From Acidimicrobiia bacterium (GTDB lineage Bacteria > Actinomycetota > Acidimicrobiia > Spongiisociales > ZC4RG35): DNA of 64,000 nucleotides. The notes under the pieces are model-generated. The model saw only the letters and a list, made by a program, of their open reading frames with translations. It had not been told where the DNA came from and made no database searches. The stretch's first letter is position 1. Each line of letters opens with the position of its first letter. Below, piece after piece: positions 26,970 to 36,925 of the stretch. Both the position numbers and the translations under genes were made by a program. The stretch is from contig DATKCE010000031.1 of the NCBI GenBank assembly GCA_035513335.1, forward strand, positions 20,971 to 84,970, given 5' to 3'.

Positions 26970-28816
26970 CAGTCACGTATTTGAGGATGAGACCCGCCGA
27001 TATGCTGGCCGAGCCCACCGCGGTGAGCCGCCGGCGTGAGGGGACGACCGCGATCGAGATGGCCGGCCCGACATCGACCGACGTGGCGTCAGCGAACAAG
27101 GCGGGTGTCCTGATCGCATCGAGCACCATGGGGGATGTCGACCCCGCTGGCTGGGTGCTAGCACCCGCCGGGGCCCTCCAATTGTCCCCCGAGCCCTGGC
27201 GTCTCACGGTTCTCGACGAGGGCACCAGGGAGGAAGTGCTCGATGCGCTGGCCCGGACGGGGGCCGCATTCCTCCGAACCACCCGCTCCCACGTCGCACG
27301 GGCTGCCGGGCTCACCGGTCTTCCTTCCATTCGGACTTCGGTGTCGGTGTTCGTCGACGACGTCGACCAGGCCTTGGCTGCGGTCGGCGATGGCGCAACC
27401 GATCTCCTGCTCCGTGACTGGAGTCAGGAGAGGATCGGAGAGTTGAGGGACGCCCTCGGCATCCCGCTCGCCGAGCGCACCCTGTTCCCGATCGGTGTCG
27501 AGATCGACGATGCGCGGGCGGCCCTTCCGAAGGGCGTTTTCACCGCCTGGCTGTCACAGGTCGACGGCTCTGGTGCGGCGCGACCCAGGTACGAGTGGGC
27601 ACCGGGCAGGGACATGGCGCCCCCGGTGCCGGCCCGCCGTATCTCGGCGGAGTGGAGCGATGCGGTGTGGGTCGATGGTCCGGCTCCCGAGGGCCTGGCC
27701 GGCGCCGGGGACCTTCTTCCTGTTCTGGAGCGCTCGTTGGATGGGACGCCGCCGACGGTCACCGAGATCGAGCAGTTGTTCCGGGCGCGCGGTGACCAGG
27801 TGGATGCGGTGGCTCAAGTCGCCGACGTCCTCAGGGAGCGATCGGTGGGCGACACGGTCACCTATGTCGTCAACCGCAACATCAACTACACGAATCTGTG
27901 CTACTTCAAGTGTGGTTTCTGCGCCTTCTCCAAGGGCCCCAAGTCGCTGAACCTGCGTGGCGAGCCGTATCTGATGGGCCTCGATGAGATCGTCGCCCTC
28001 GCCCGCCAGGCCTGGGACCGCGGGGCTACGGAGGTGACCTTGCAGGGCGGGATCCACCCCGACTTCACCGGCAACTTCTATCGGGAGGTGGTGGAGGCGA
28101 TCAAGACCGAGATGCCCGGCATGCACATCCACGGATTCACCCCGCTCGAGGTCTGGCAGGGGGCGGAGACCCTGGGGATCGGTGTGCGCCAGTTTCTCAC
28201 CGAGCTGCGTGACGCCGGGCTGGGCACACTTCCCGGTACCGCCGCCGAGATCCTCGACGACGACGTCAGGGCCCATCTCTGCCCGGACAAGATCCGCACT
28301 TCGCAGTGGGCGGAGGTGATGATCACCGCCCACGAGCTGGGGCTGCGGGCCACTTCGACGATCATGTTCGGGCATATCGACCATCCCCGCTCATGGGCCA
28401 AGCATCTCGAGGTGATCCGTCAGATCCAGAGACGCACCGGCGGATTCACCGAGATGGTCCCGCTGCCTTTCGTGCACATGGGGTCGCCGATCTTCCTGCG
28501 GGGACGGTCGCGCCCCGGTCCGACCTGGGACGAGGCGGTTCTCATCCATTCGGTGTCCCGGATCGCCTTCGACGGTCTCATCGACAACATCCAGGCCTCC
28601 TGGGTGAAGCTGGGCCTCGACGGTGGCGCCCGTCTCCTCGAGGCCGGCTGCAACGACCTGGGTGGGACTTTGATGGGCGAGATCATCACCCGCTCCGCCG
28701 GGGCCGAGCACGGTCAGGAGGTCACCCCCGCCGAGTTCGTGGAGGTCATCGAGTCGGTGGGCCGCACGCCCGCCCTGCGCAACACCACCTACGAGATCCT
28801 CGACCGGGTGGTCTGA
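26966..28816 (+). CDS. cofH: FO synthase subunit CofH with a ~270-aa N-terminal extension of unknown function
   Basis: C-terminal ~350 aa: radical-SAM CYFKCGFCAF and CofH-like downstream motifs. ATG overlaps the cofG stop (ATGA). N-terminal 270 aa match no family recognised. Confidence 0.8.
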   Translation: MTVTYLRMRPADMLAEPTAVSRRREGTTAIEMAGPTSTDVASANKAGVLIASSTMGDVDPAGWVLAPAGALQLSPEPWRLTVLDEGTREEVLDALARTGAAFLRTTRSHVARAAGLTGLPSIRTSVSVFVDDVDQALAAVGDGATDLLLRDWSQERIGELRDALGIPLAERTLFPIGVEIDDARAALPKGVFTAWLSQVDGSGAARPRYEWAPGRDMAPPVPARRISAEWSDAVWVDGPAPEGLAGAGDLLPVLERSLDGTPPTVTEIEQLFRARGDQVDAVAQVADVLRERSVGDTVTYVVNRNINYTNLCYFKCGFCAFSKGPKSLNLRGEPYLMGLDEIVALARQAWDRGATEVTLQGGIHPDFTGNFYREVVEAIKTEMPGMHIHGFTPLEVWQGAETLGIGVRQFLTELRDAGLGTLPGTAAEILDDDVRAHLCPDKIRTSQWAEVMITAHELGLRATSTIMFGHIDHPRSWAKHLEVIRQIQRRTGGFTEMVPLPFVHMGSPIFLRGRSRPGPTWDEAVLIHSVSRIAFDGLIDNIQASWVKLGLDGGARLLEAGCNDLGGTLMGEIITRSAGAEHGQEVTPAEFVEVIESVGRTPALRNTTYEILDRVV

Positions 28817-28872
28817 ACCGTTCTGTGCGGGTCTACGGCGCGTCACGCGCCACAAACCCGCACAGAACGGTT

Positions 28873-31800
28873 TCAGCCCCGGTAGGTGAGCCCCCGTGGG
28901 GCGGTGGCGAAACCCCATTCGCTCAATTGTGCCGCCAGCGGCGAGGCCGAGGCCGGCTGTCCGTTGACGGTGACCAGGGTGAGACGGCGGTGACGGCCCG
29001 CCACCTCGGCCAGCGACCTCGAGATCTCGCCGAAGCGCTCCGGGGTGAAGTCGAACAAGGTGAGGCCGCGGCGTCCTTTGTCGAGGTACCCGACCAGCGC
29101 GCCGTCCAGCAGGAGCACATAAGCGCCGGCATCGCGGGCGAGACGGACGTCGTCGACCTCGGGCCAGGGGAGCACGCCGCCGTAGGGGTTGGCCGGATCG
29201 GTGGCGGCGAGTACGGCGAGACCCGCCACCGACTCGCTGCGGAGGCGATCGACAGCTCCGGGGAGGGCGAACTGAGACCCACCGAGACCCTCGACGAAGT
29301 AACCGCGTCGGATCCGACCGGTCTCTTCGAGGTGGGCGTAGACCGGGTACAGGGCGCTGAACCCACCGGGGAACCCTTCGGCGAGCACCGTACGCCGTGT
29401 CACCACGCCGTGGCGGTCCAGCAGGAGCTCCGCCCAGGCGGCGTGTCGCTCGGTCTCGGTCGCCGCCGCTCTGACCAGGGACCCGGTCAGCGACCAGCGT
29501 CCCTGGGCGTGAGCGGGGAACCGGCTCGACATCGGGCGTCTGCCCCCGGTTCGCCCTCTTCGTCGGGAGACGTAGGCGCGCACCGGGGCGAAAGTGTCGT
29601 TGGTGACATGACCGGCCCAGACCAGGTCCCACAAAGAGTCGAGGACATCCTCGGGGTCGCCGCCCCCAGCGGCGTCGTAGATGTCGTGGAAGAAGCTGGC
29701 ACCACTCGACTCCAGGGCATCGAGGATGGCGACGCCGACGTCGTCGGGTTCGGTGTCGGAGTCGGGGCCCGACCACAGGGTGGCCAGTGTCTCCCGGGGG
29801 TAGAGGGCCACCCGACCGTCCTTCTGTCCGAGGCCACCGGCGCCCACCCAGACCAGGTGGCCGGCCAACACGAGGTCGTCGATTCCCGTCCCGGGGTCGG
29901 CCACTCTGGCGGCGAGCACGTCGCGCTCCAGTGTTGACGCCGGGATTGCGGCTCCGGTGAGCCGGCGAATGGCGTCGGCGAGGGCATTGCGGCCCCTCGG
30001 CGGCTCCGGGCCGACTCCCTGCCAGGCGATCTCGAACCGAGCCAGAGCACTGGCGTCGACGGGCTCGATCTCGGAGCGGAGCCGGGCCAGGGAGCGGCTC
30101 TTGAGCCGCTTCAGGACACCCTCGTCGACCCACTCCCGGCCCTGGCCGTTGGGCCGGAACGCGCCCTGGACCACCCGTCCCGACTGCTCTAACCGTCTCA
30201 GGGCGGTCCCGACGACGCCGACGGGGAGACCGAGCGCCGCCGCCGTGTCAGCGGCGAGGAAAGGGCCGTGGGTGCGGGCATATCGGCCCACCACATCGCC
30301 CAGCGGATCGTCGACCGGCTCGAGGAAGGTGTGGGGCACTCCGGGCGGTGGCTGGACCCCGAGCCCGTCGCGGAGCCGGGCCACATCCTCGATGGCGGCC
30401 CACTTGCTCTCGCCTCCCACGGTGATGACAACGACACGACGCGAGGCGGCCAGGGTCTCGAGGGCGCTGGTCACGTCGACACCGTGGCTGCGCACCTGGA
30501 TGTCATCGATGGTCAGGGGACCGAGATCGCGGAGCAGGTCGTGGACCCCGTCAGCATGCCTGACCTGGCGGTTCTCGGTGAGATGTTGCAGCTCCAGCTC
30601 GACCGCTGCCACCACCTCCGGGTTGAGCAGTTCCCGAAGCTCACCCTCTCCGAGGAGGTCGCGGAGCAGGTCGCGATCGAGGATGAGGGCGGCTGCGCGC
30701 CGCTCTGCCAGGGGTGCGTCGGCCTCGTACATGTATGCGGCGATGAACGAGAACAGCAGCGACGAGGCGAACGGGCTGGGGCTGTGCGTGTCGACCGGGA
30801 CCACCCGGATCTCCCGGGAGCGGATCGCCCCCAGCACTTCCTGGAGGGCGGGCAGATCGAAGTCGTCCTGGAAGATCTCCCGGTAGACCTCCAAGAGGAT
30901 CGGGAAGGAGCCGAATTGCTTGGCGACACCGAGCAGGTCGGCGGAGCGTCGCCGCTGCAGCCAGAGCGGGACGCGCTCCCCGGGGCGTCGGCGAGGGAGA
31001 AGGAGGGCCCGTCCCGCTGCCTCCCGGAATCGGGCGGCGAACAGGGCGGTGTCGGCGAGATGCTCGAAGAGCAGCGGCTCGAGCTCTTCGGGCTCGAGGA
31101 TCAGGTCGTCGGATGTCGGTGGCTCGTCGGAATCGGGGAAGCGGAAGGCGATGCCATCGTCGGACCAGATCACATCGACGTCTGTCCCGTAGCGGGAGCG
31201 AAATCGGTGTCGCAGCGCCATGGCCCAGGGGGCGTGGATCCGGGCGCCGAATGGGGAGAGGAGGACCACGCGCCAGTCGCCGATCTCGTCCCGGAACCGC
31301 TCGACGACCACCGTCTGGTCCGTGGGGAGCACCCCGGTGGCCTCCCGCTCCTCGTCTAGGTAGGCCACCAGGTTCGCGGCGGCGTGCTCGTTGAGGCCGA
31401 ACTCCGACCGGAGCCGCTCGGTTGCCTCGTCGCCGTCGAGGCCGGCGGTCTCGCGAATGAACCGGCCCACCGCGCGTCCGGTCTCCAGCGGGCGTCCCAG
31501 CATGTCGCCATGCCAGAAAGGCATCCTCGCCGGGACCCCGGGTGCGGGGACCACCTCCACCCTGTCGTGGGTGATCTGGGTGATCCGCCAGGCGCTCGAT
31601 CCGAGTAGGAAGGTGTCGCCTTCGCGGGATTCGTAGACCATCTCCTCGTCGAGCTCGCCGACCCGGCTCCCGTCGGGCAACGTCACCCGGTAGAGACCGC
31701 GATCGGGGATGGTCCCGGGGTTGGTCACCGCGAGCTGCCGCGCCCCGGGCCGGGCGGTGACCTCCCCGGTGGCCCGGTCCCAGGTTATGCGGGGCCGCAG

Positions 31801-33243
31801 CTCGGCGAACAGGTCGGAGGGGTAGCGGCCCGCCAGCATGTCCAGGGTCTCGTCGAAGACGGCCCGGGACACGCCGGCATAGGGTTTGGCCCTGCGGACG
31901 ATCTCGTAGAGACGGTCGGCGGTGGTGTCCCCGGAGACCACCTGGGCGACGATCTGCTGGCTGAGCACGTCGATGGGATTGGCCGGGATGCGGGTCGTCT
32001 CCACCTTTCGCTCCGCCATCTGGGCGGAGATCACGGTGGCCACAAGCAGGTCGCCGCGGTACTTGGGGAAGATCTTGGCTCGGGATACCCCTCCCACCTG
32101 ATGACCGGACCTGCCCACCCGTTGCAGCCCCGACGCCACCGAATTCGGGGACTCGATCTGGAGCACCAGGTCGACGGCTCCCATGTCGATGCCGAGCTCC
32201 AGCGACGATGTCGCCACCACGGCCTTGAGCTCGCCCTTCTTCAGCGCCTCTTCGATCTCCAGTCGCTGCTCCCGGGCCACCGAGCCGTGATGGGCCCGGG
32301 CGATCTCGGCGCCGGCGAGGCTGTTGATCTCCGAGCACACCCTCTCGGCGAGACGCCGGGAGTTGGCGAAGACGATGGTGGAGTTGTGAGAGTCGATCTG
32401 GCTGAGCAGTTCGGGGTAGACGGCGGGCCAGATCGAGCGGGTGGGGGTGTTGTCGGGGTCGAGGGGGTCGGGCTCACCGGGCTCGTTCATGTCCGCAACG
32501 GGCACCACGACCTCGACCTCGAGATCACGGTGCTGAGGCACGTCGATGACGGTCACCGGGCGCGGGGTCCACACCTCGTCGGTGACGGTGCCCCCACCGA
32601 GGAAGTCGGCGATGATCTCCAGCGGGCGTTGCGTGGCGGAGAGGCCGATCCGCTGCGGAGAATCGTCGGTGATCTCCTCGAGACGCTCCATGGAGAGGGC
32701 GAGGTGGGCTCCCCGTTTCGACCCGGCTACGGCGTGGACCTCGTCGACGATGACCCAGCGCACCGTGCGAAGGACCGACCGCACTGCCGAGGTCAGCATC
32801 AAGTAGAGGGACTCCGGGGTGGTGATGAGGATGTCCGGGGGGTTGCGTTCCATCCGTCGCCGCTCCTCGGCGGGGGTATCGCCGGTGCGCAGGAAAGTGG
32901 CCAGCTCGGGAAGTGGGTCGTCTCCCAGACGTTCGGCGGCATGACGGATGCCGGTGAGCGGAGCGCGCAGGTTGCGGTCCACGTCGTGGGCCAGTGCCTT
33001 GAGAGGGGATACATAGAGAACCCGGCAGCGTTCCGACCTTTCGGGGGTGGGCTCGCTGAGGAGGCGGTCGAGGGTCCACAGGAACGCCGCCAGGGTCTTG
33101 CCCGACCCCGTGGGGGCGTGGATCAGGGTGTGCTCGCCCTTCGCGATGGCGGGCCAGCCCTCGGCCTGGGCGCGAGTCGGGGCGGCAAAGGAAGCCTCGA
33201 ACCAGATGCGTGTCGCCGGGGAGAAGCTGTGCAGCGCGTCCAC
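28873..33243 (-). CDS. lhr: ATP-dependent DEAD/DEAH-box helicase Lhr (large helicase-related)
   Basis: 1456 aa; Walker A HAPTGSGKT; DEVH box; helicase C domain; long Lhr-type C-terminal extension. Confidence 0.9.
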   Translation of the reverse strand: MDALHSFSPATRIWFEASFAAPTRAQAEGWPAIAKGEHTLIHAPTGSGKTLAAFLWTLDRLLSEPTPERSERCRVLYVSPLKALAHDVDRNLRAPLTGIRHAAERLGDDPLPELATFLRTGDTPAEERRRMERNPPDILITTPESLYLMLTSAVRSVLRTVRWVIVDEVHAVAGSKRGAHLALSMERLEEITDDSPQRIGLSATQRPLEIIADFLGGGTVTDEVWTPRPVTVIDVPQHRDLEVEVVVPVADMNEPGEPDPLDPDNTPTRSIWPAVYPELLSQIDSHNSTIVFANSRRLAERVCSEINSLAGAEIARAHHGSVAREQRLEIEEALKKGELKAVVATSSLELGIDMGAVDLVLQIESPNSVASGLQRVGRSGHQVGGVSRAKIFPKYRGDLLVATVISAQMAERKVETTRIPANPIDVLSQQIVAQVVSGDTTADRLYEIVRRAKPYAGVSRAVFDETLDMLAGRYPSDLFAELRPRITWDRATGEVTARPGARQLAVTNPGTIPDRGLYRVTLPDGSRVGELDEEMVYESREGDTFLLGSSAWRITQITHDRVEVVPAPGVPARMPFWHGDMLGRPLETGRAVGRFIRETAGLDGDEATERLRSEFGLNEHAAANLVAYLDEEREATGVLPTDQTVVVERFRDEIGDWRVVLLSPFGARIHAPWAMALRHRFRSRYGTDVDVIWSDDGIAFRFPDSDEPPTSDDLILEPEELEPLLFEHLADTALFAARFREAAGRALLLPRRRPGERVPLWLQRRRSADLLGVAKQFGSFPILLEVYREIFQDDFDLPALQEVLGAIRSREIRVVPVDTHSPSPFASSLLFSFIAAYMYEADAPLAERRAAALILDRDLLRDLLGEGELRELLNPEVVAAVELELQHLTENRQVRHADGVHDLLRDLGPLTIDDIQVRSHGVDVTSALETLAASRRVVVITVGGESKWAAIEDVARLRDGLGVQPPPGVPHTFLEPVDDPLGDVVGRYARTHGPFLAADTAAALGLPVGVVGTALRRLEQSGRVVQGAFRPNGQGREWVDEGVLKRLKSRSLARLRSEIEPVDASALARFEIAWQGVGPEPPRGRNALADAIRRLTGAAIPASTLERDVLAARVADPGTGIDDLVLAGHLVWVGAGGLGQKDGRVALYPRETLATLWSGPDSDTEPDDVGVAILDALESSGASFFHDIYDAAGGGDPEDVLDSLWDLVWAGHVTNDTFAPVRAYVSRRRGRTGGRRPMSSRFPAHAQGRWSLTGSLVRAAATETERHAAWAELLLDRHGVVTRRTVLAEGFPGGFSALYPVYAHLEETGRIRRGYFVEGLGGSQFALPGAVDRLRSESVAGLAVLAATDPANPYGGVLPWPEVDDVRLARDAGAYVLLLDGALVGYLDKGRRGLTLFDFTPERFGEISRSLAEVAGRHRRLTLVTVNGQPASASPLAAQLSEWGFATAPRGLTYRG

Positions 33244-33307
33244 GCTGCGAAGGTATCAGGCGTTGGTGACAAGTTCCGACCTTGGGGCGAAGTCGAGGGC
33301 GGTGGGG

Positions 33308-34081
33308 CTACGACCGCCGATGAGGTCGTCGGGAGTGACAAGCCACGAACCCACCGAAGGTGAAATCGACTTCCCGGCCATCGGGGAAGAAGTCCGTCGT
33401 CTCGGCGATCAGCCACGCCCGCAGCACATCTTCTGACTCGTCGCCTCGTTCCATCACCGTTTGGAGGTTGCTCTGTGTCAGCAGGTACTTGGCCAGCCCG
33501 GTGGGGTCGAGGCGCACCTGGTGCTGATACCGCTCCATGGCCGTGTGGCGCCACGAGCCCAGATCGTCGGGTGGTCGCCACCATCGGTCTCGGGATGGCG
33601 GATAGCGGTTCAGGTAGGTCTCCCGAAACCACCCAGAGAAATCCTCGACATCTCTCATATGCGCGGTAAACCAGTGGTCGTGGACCACGAGCCAGGCGTC
33701 GGAGGTAGCCACCCTCTCGGCTTCGGTCAGGAAGCGCTCCTGGTCGAACCAGTGCACGGCTGAGCCCACACCGATGAGATCGCAAGAGCCGTCCTCGAGC
33801 GGCATGTCCTCGGCTGCACCGATCCGATAGATCACGTTGGGGGCCGACCTGGCGTGCTCGACCATCGCAGGCGATGCCTCGACCCCGATCACCTCCTCGG
33901 CCAGGGGAGCCAGGGCCATCGTCGATATCCCCGTGCCGGAGCCCACATCGACCGCGCGTCGAAAGCGAACCTCTTTGCCGAGAAGCTTTCGGATGATCCC
34001 GGTCACCCGGTCGGAGTAGTCGGGCCGGCCCGCCGCATAGATCCGCGCTGCCGTCTCGGTGGCGAAGGGGTTGGGGGGCAT
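33308..34081 (-). CDS. class I SAM-dependent methyltransferase
   Basis: motif I VDVGSGTGIST; start at Met59 of the track ORF (MPPNPF). Confidence 0.8.
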   Translation of the reverse strand: MPPNPFATETAARIYAAGRPDYSDRVTGIIRKLLGKEVRFRRAVDVGSGTGISTMALAPLAEEVIGVEASPAMVEHARSAPNVIYRIGAAEDMPLEDGSCDLIGVGSAVHWFDQERFLTEAERVATSDAWLVVHDHWFTAHMRDVEDFSGWFRETYLNRYPPSRDRWWRPPDDLGSWRHTAMERYQHQVRLDPTGLAKYLLTQSNLQTVMERGDESEDVLRAWLIAETTDFFPDGREVDFTFGGFVACHSRRPHRRS

Positions 34082-34145
34082 CGACACCAAAGGTATCGCC
34101 CGTGCCCGACGGGTTTGTGGTTGCGGCTCGGTACCGTTGGTGACG

Positions 34146-34643
34146 ATGCGATTCCTCACCCTGTTTGCTCTCGTCGCTCTCGCCGAGATGCTCACCTTCT
34201 TCTGGGTCGGCGACCGGATCGGTCTCGGCTGGGCACTGGGTCTCGCCCTCGCCACCGCATTGGTCGGGTCCTATCTGGTCCGCAGGGCCGGTCTCTCGGT
34301 GTGGCGGCGGATCCGACACAAGTTGAACGGTGGCGAGTTGCCGGGACGCGAGCTGAGCGACGGAGCTGCCATCCTGGTGGCAGGAGCCTTTCTCATCTCC
34401 CCGGGATTCATAACCGACACCCTCGGCTTCCTCCTGCTGCTGCCGGCCATCCGCTACTTCATCCACCGATCCGTGACGAAACGGTTCCGCAAGCGGGTCA
34501 CCGTGTTCACCTCTGACTATCAGACGGTGACGAGGGAGCCGATCCGTGGAGAGGTGATCGACATCGACCCGGACGAGGTCGACCCAGGCCGAGTCAGGCG
34601 GATAGCTCGGCGGGGAGGGCGTCGACCACGGCCAACTCCATGA
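34146..34643 (+). CDS. fxsA: FxsA-family cytoplasmic membrane protein
   Basis: MRFLTLFALVALAEMLTFFWVGDRIG ... PGFITDTLGFLLLLP characteristic of FxsA; basic C-tail. Confidence 0.7.
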   Translation: MRFLTLFALVALAEMLTFFWVGDRIGLGWALGLALATALVGSYLVRRAGLSVWRRIRHKLNGGELPGRELSDGAAILVAGAFLISPGFITDTLGFLLLLPAIRYFIHRSVTKRFRKRVTVFTSDYQTVTREPIRGEVIDIDPDEVDPGRVRRIARRGGRRPRPTP

Positions 34644-35181
34644 AGATGTCGACTACGGCAGGGTCGAACTGGGTGCCGGCGTTCTTGTTGATCTCATGCA
34701 CAGCGAAATCCACCGGGAGGGCCGGCTGGTAGGCACGCTTCGATGTCATGGCGTCGAAGGCGTCGGCCACCAGGACGATCCGGCTCAACACCGGGATGGC
34801 ATCGCCTGAGAGCCCAAACGGATAGCCCCCACCGTCGTAACGCTCGTGGTGATAGAGAATCGCCTCGGCGATCTTGGGGTCGAGACGGTTGCGGGTCATG
34901 GCGAAACCCAATTCCGGGTGTCGCTCCATGAGGTCACGCTCAGTAGGGTCCAGCGGCCCCGGCTTGCCCAGGATCCCCGGGTCCATGTGGATCTTGCCGA
35001 CGTCGTGGAGCACCCCGGCCAGGGCGAGGCGATCGATGTCTTCCTCCCCCAGCCCGAGACCGCGTCCGAGGTCCACGGCGAGGTTGGAGACGCGGTGAAC
35101 GTGCCCGTGCAAGTCTTCGATGACGTCTTCCATCACCTTGATGAGATAGTTGTCGGAGAGGTTTCTCATGCCATAGCCCAC
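34594..35181 (-). CDS. HD-GYP domain phosphohydrolase (likely c-di-GMP phosphodiesterase)
   Basis: HD motif GVLHDVGK and HHERYDGGGYP HD-GYP signature. Confidence 0.85.
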   Translation of the reverse strand: MGYGMRNLSDNYLIKVMEDVIEDLHGHVHRVSNLAVDLGRGLGLGEEDIDRLALAGVLHDVGKIHMDPGILGKPGPLDPTERDLMERHPELGFAMTRNRLDPKIAEAILYHHERYDGGGYPFGLSGDAIPVLSRIVLVADAFDAMTSKRAYQPALPVDFAVHEINKNAGTQFDPAVVDIFMELAVVDALPAELSA

Positions 35182-35355
35182 GGGGTGAGTCTCGTCGGGA
35201 CTAGTCCGTCTGTGGATAAGTCGTGCGTCTCATTTGCCTGTCGTCTGTCAACCATCGATTCCGTAAACGTCGTGCTGGCCGCTCCGGATACTGCTGCATG
35301 GCGAATTGGGTCCAGAGACCTGGTCCGCCTCGTGCCCCTTCCCGCGGGCCGGGCC

Positions 35356-36141
35356 CTACTCCCGCTTCTCGAGCTTCTCGACGTAATCGGCCACCGCGGT
35401 CTCGTGCTCCGGCGTCGTGTGGGCGATCGCCTGCAATGCAGCGGAGAATTCGAGAAACCCGTCGAGATCCATGGAGCGGGCCTGACGGAGGAGACGCTTC
35501 GCCAGCACAACCGCCGGGCGCGGCTTGGAGGCGATCGTCCTCGCCACCTCGTCGACCCGGCTCTCCAGCTTGTCTCCGGGAACCACCTCGAGGAGGACTC
35601 CGTATTTCTCCGCCTCCGCGGCGGTGATGAATCGTGCGGTCAGAGCCAGCTCGGTGGCCCGCTGCCACCCGACCACCCGGGGGAGGAGCCAGGCGCCACC
35701 GTCACCGGGGATGATCCCCATCTCGATGAAGGTGTGGGCGAAGCGGGCGTTGCGGGAACCAAACCGGAGATCGCAGCCGAGGACCAGGTCGAACCCGGCA
35801 CCAACGGCGGGGCCGTCGACCGAGGCGATGGTGACCAGGTCGGTCGTGGCCAGGAACCGGGTCAGCTGCTGGATGGTGTCCCGGTACTTCTCGATCAGCT
35901 CAGCCGGTGACCCGGAGAACAGTCCCTCGCGTGCCGCCATGTCCTTGACGTTGCCGCCGGCGGAGAAGGCAGGGCCTTCGGCGTCGATGACCGCCACTGT
36001 CACCTCGGCATCGGTCTCGGCCTCGTCCAGGGCGTCGAGCAGGTCCTCGACCATGTCCACGCCGGTGATGGCGTTTCGGATCTCGGGCTCGGCCAGCGTG
36101 ATCGTCATCACACCGGCGTCGGTCTTCGTCTTGATACTCAC
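35356..36141 (-). CDS. enoyl-CoA hydratase/isomerase (crotonase) family protein
   Basis: crotonase fold with AFSAGGNVKDM and GPAVGAGFDLVLGCDLRF. Confidence 0.9.
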   Translation of the reverse strand: MSIKTKTDAGVMTITLAEPEIRNAITGVDMVEDLLDALDEAETDAEVTVAVIDAEGPAFSAGGNVKDMAAREGLFSGSPAELIEKYRDTIQQLTRFLATTDLVTIASVDGPAVGAGFDLVLGCDLRFGSRNARFAHTFIEMGIIPGDGGAWLLPRVVGWQRATELALTARFITAAEAEKYGVLLEVVPGDKLESRVDEVARTIASKPRPAVVLAKRLLRQARSMDLDGFLEFSAALQAIAHTTPEHETAVADYVEKLEKRE

Positions 36142-36899
36142 AGCAGCCCTCTCTCCGCGGCCACTTCGACGAATTCCTTGACGCGTAAGGGGTCGGGCCG
36201 GTTGTCCGGGCTCTGTCCCACCTTGATGCTCGATCCCACGATGATGCTGTCGACGGCACTCAGGACCTGGTCGATGTTGCCGGAATCGACGCCCGAGCCG
36301 GCGACGATGCGGGTTCGGGGAGCCACAGCCTGCCTAACCAAAAGCGCCTCCTCTACGTCCAGGGCCGTTCCGGTGCCGGGACCGGAGACGATCACGGCAT
36401 CGGCCAGGCCACGCTCAACGGTGTCGACGGCGGCCTGGCTGATGTCGGTGCCGGGCGGAGGTGTGGCGTGCTTGACCATGACATCCGCCCAGATCTCGAC
36501 GTCGGGGGCGAGCGTGGCGCGTGCTCTCTGGAGCTCGGCCGCCTTCCCCACGATCGGTCCCTGGTCGGTGTACATGAGGCCGGTGAGGACGTTGACCCTG
36601 ATGAAGCGGGATCCCGTGGCTGTCGCGATGACGAGGGCCGCTAGGGCATCGTTGCGCAGGACGTTGACCCCCACCGGGACACCGAGTCCGGCTACCTCGT
36701 GCACGGCCCGGGTCATGGTGGCGATGGTCTCTGGGGGCACCGAGTCCGCGTAGAAGGGGGCGTCGCCGAAGTTCTCCACCATCAGGGCGGGGAAGCCGGC
36801 GTCGACGAGGATACGGGCGTCCGCGGCGGCGGTGGCGATCACTGCGTCGATGGAGCCGGTGAAGCGTGGCGCGCCGGGGAGCGGCAGGAGGTGAACCAT
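36138..36899 (-). CDS. BtpA/SgcQ-family TIM-barrel protein
   Basis: MVHLLPLPGAPRF start (Met219 of the track ORF) and a BtpA-like beta/alpha barrel. Confidence 0.75.
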   Translation of the reverse strand: MVHLLPLPGAPRFTGSIDAVIATAAADARILVDAGFPALMVENFGDAPFYADSVPPETIATMTRAVHEVAGLGVPVGVNVLRNDALAALVIATATGSRFIRVNVLTGLMYTDQGPIVGKAAELQRARATLAPDVEIWADVMVKHATPPPGTDISQAAVDTVERGLADAVIVSGPGTGTALDVEEALLVRQAVAPRTRIVAGSGVDSGNIDQVLSAVDSIIVGSSIKVGQSPDNRPDPLRVKEFVEVAAERGLL

Positions 36900-36925
36900 C
36901 CCCACGAGTTGGGGAAGCGGTTCGA

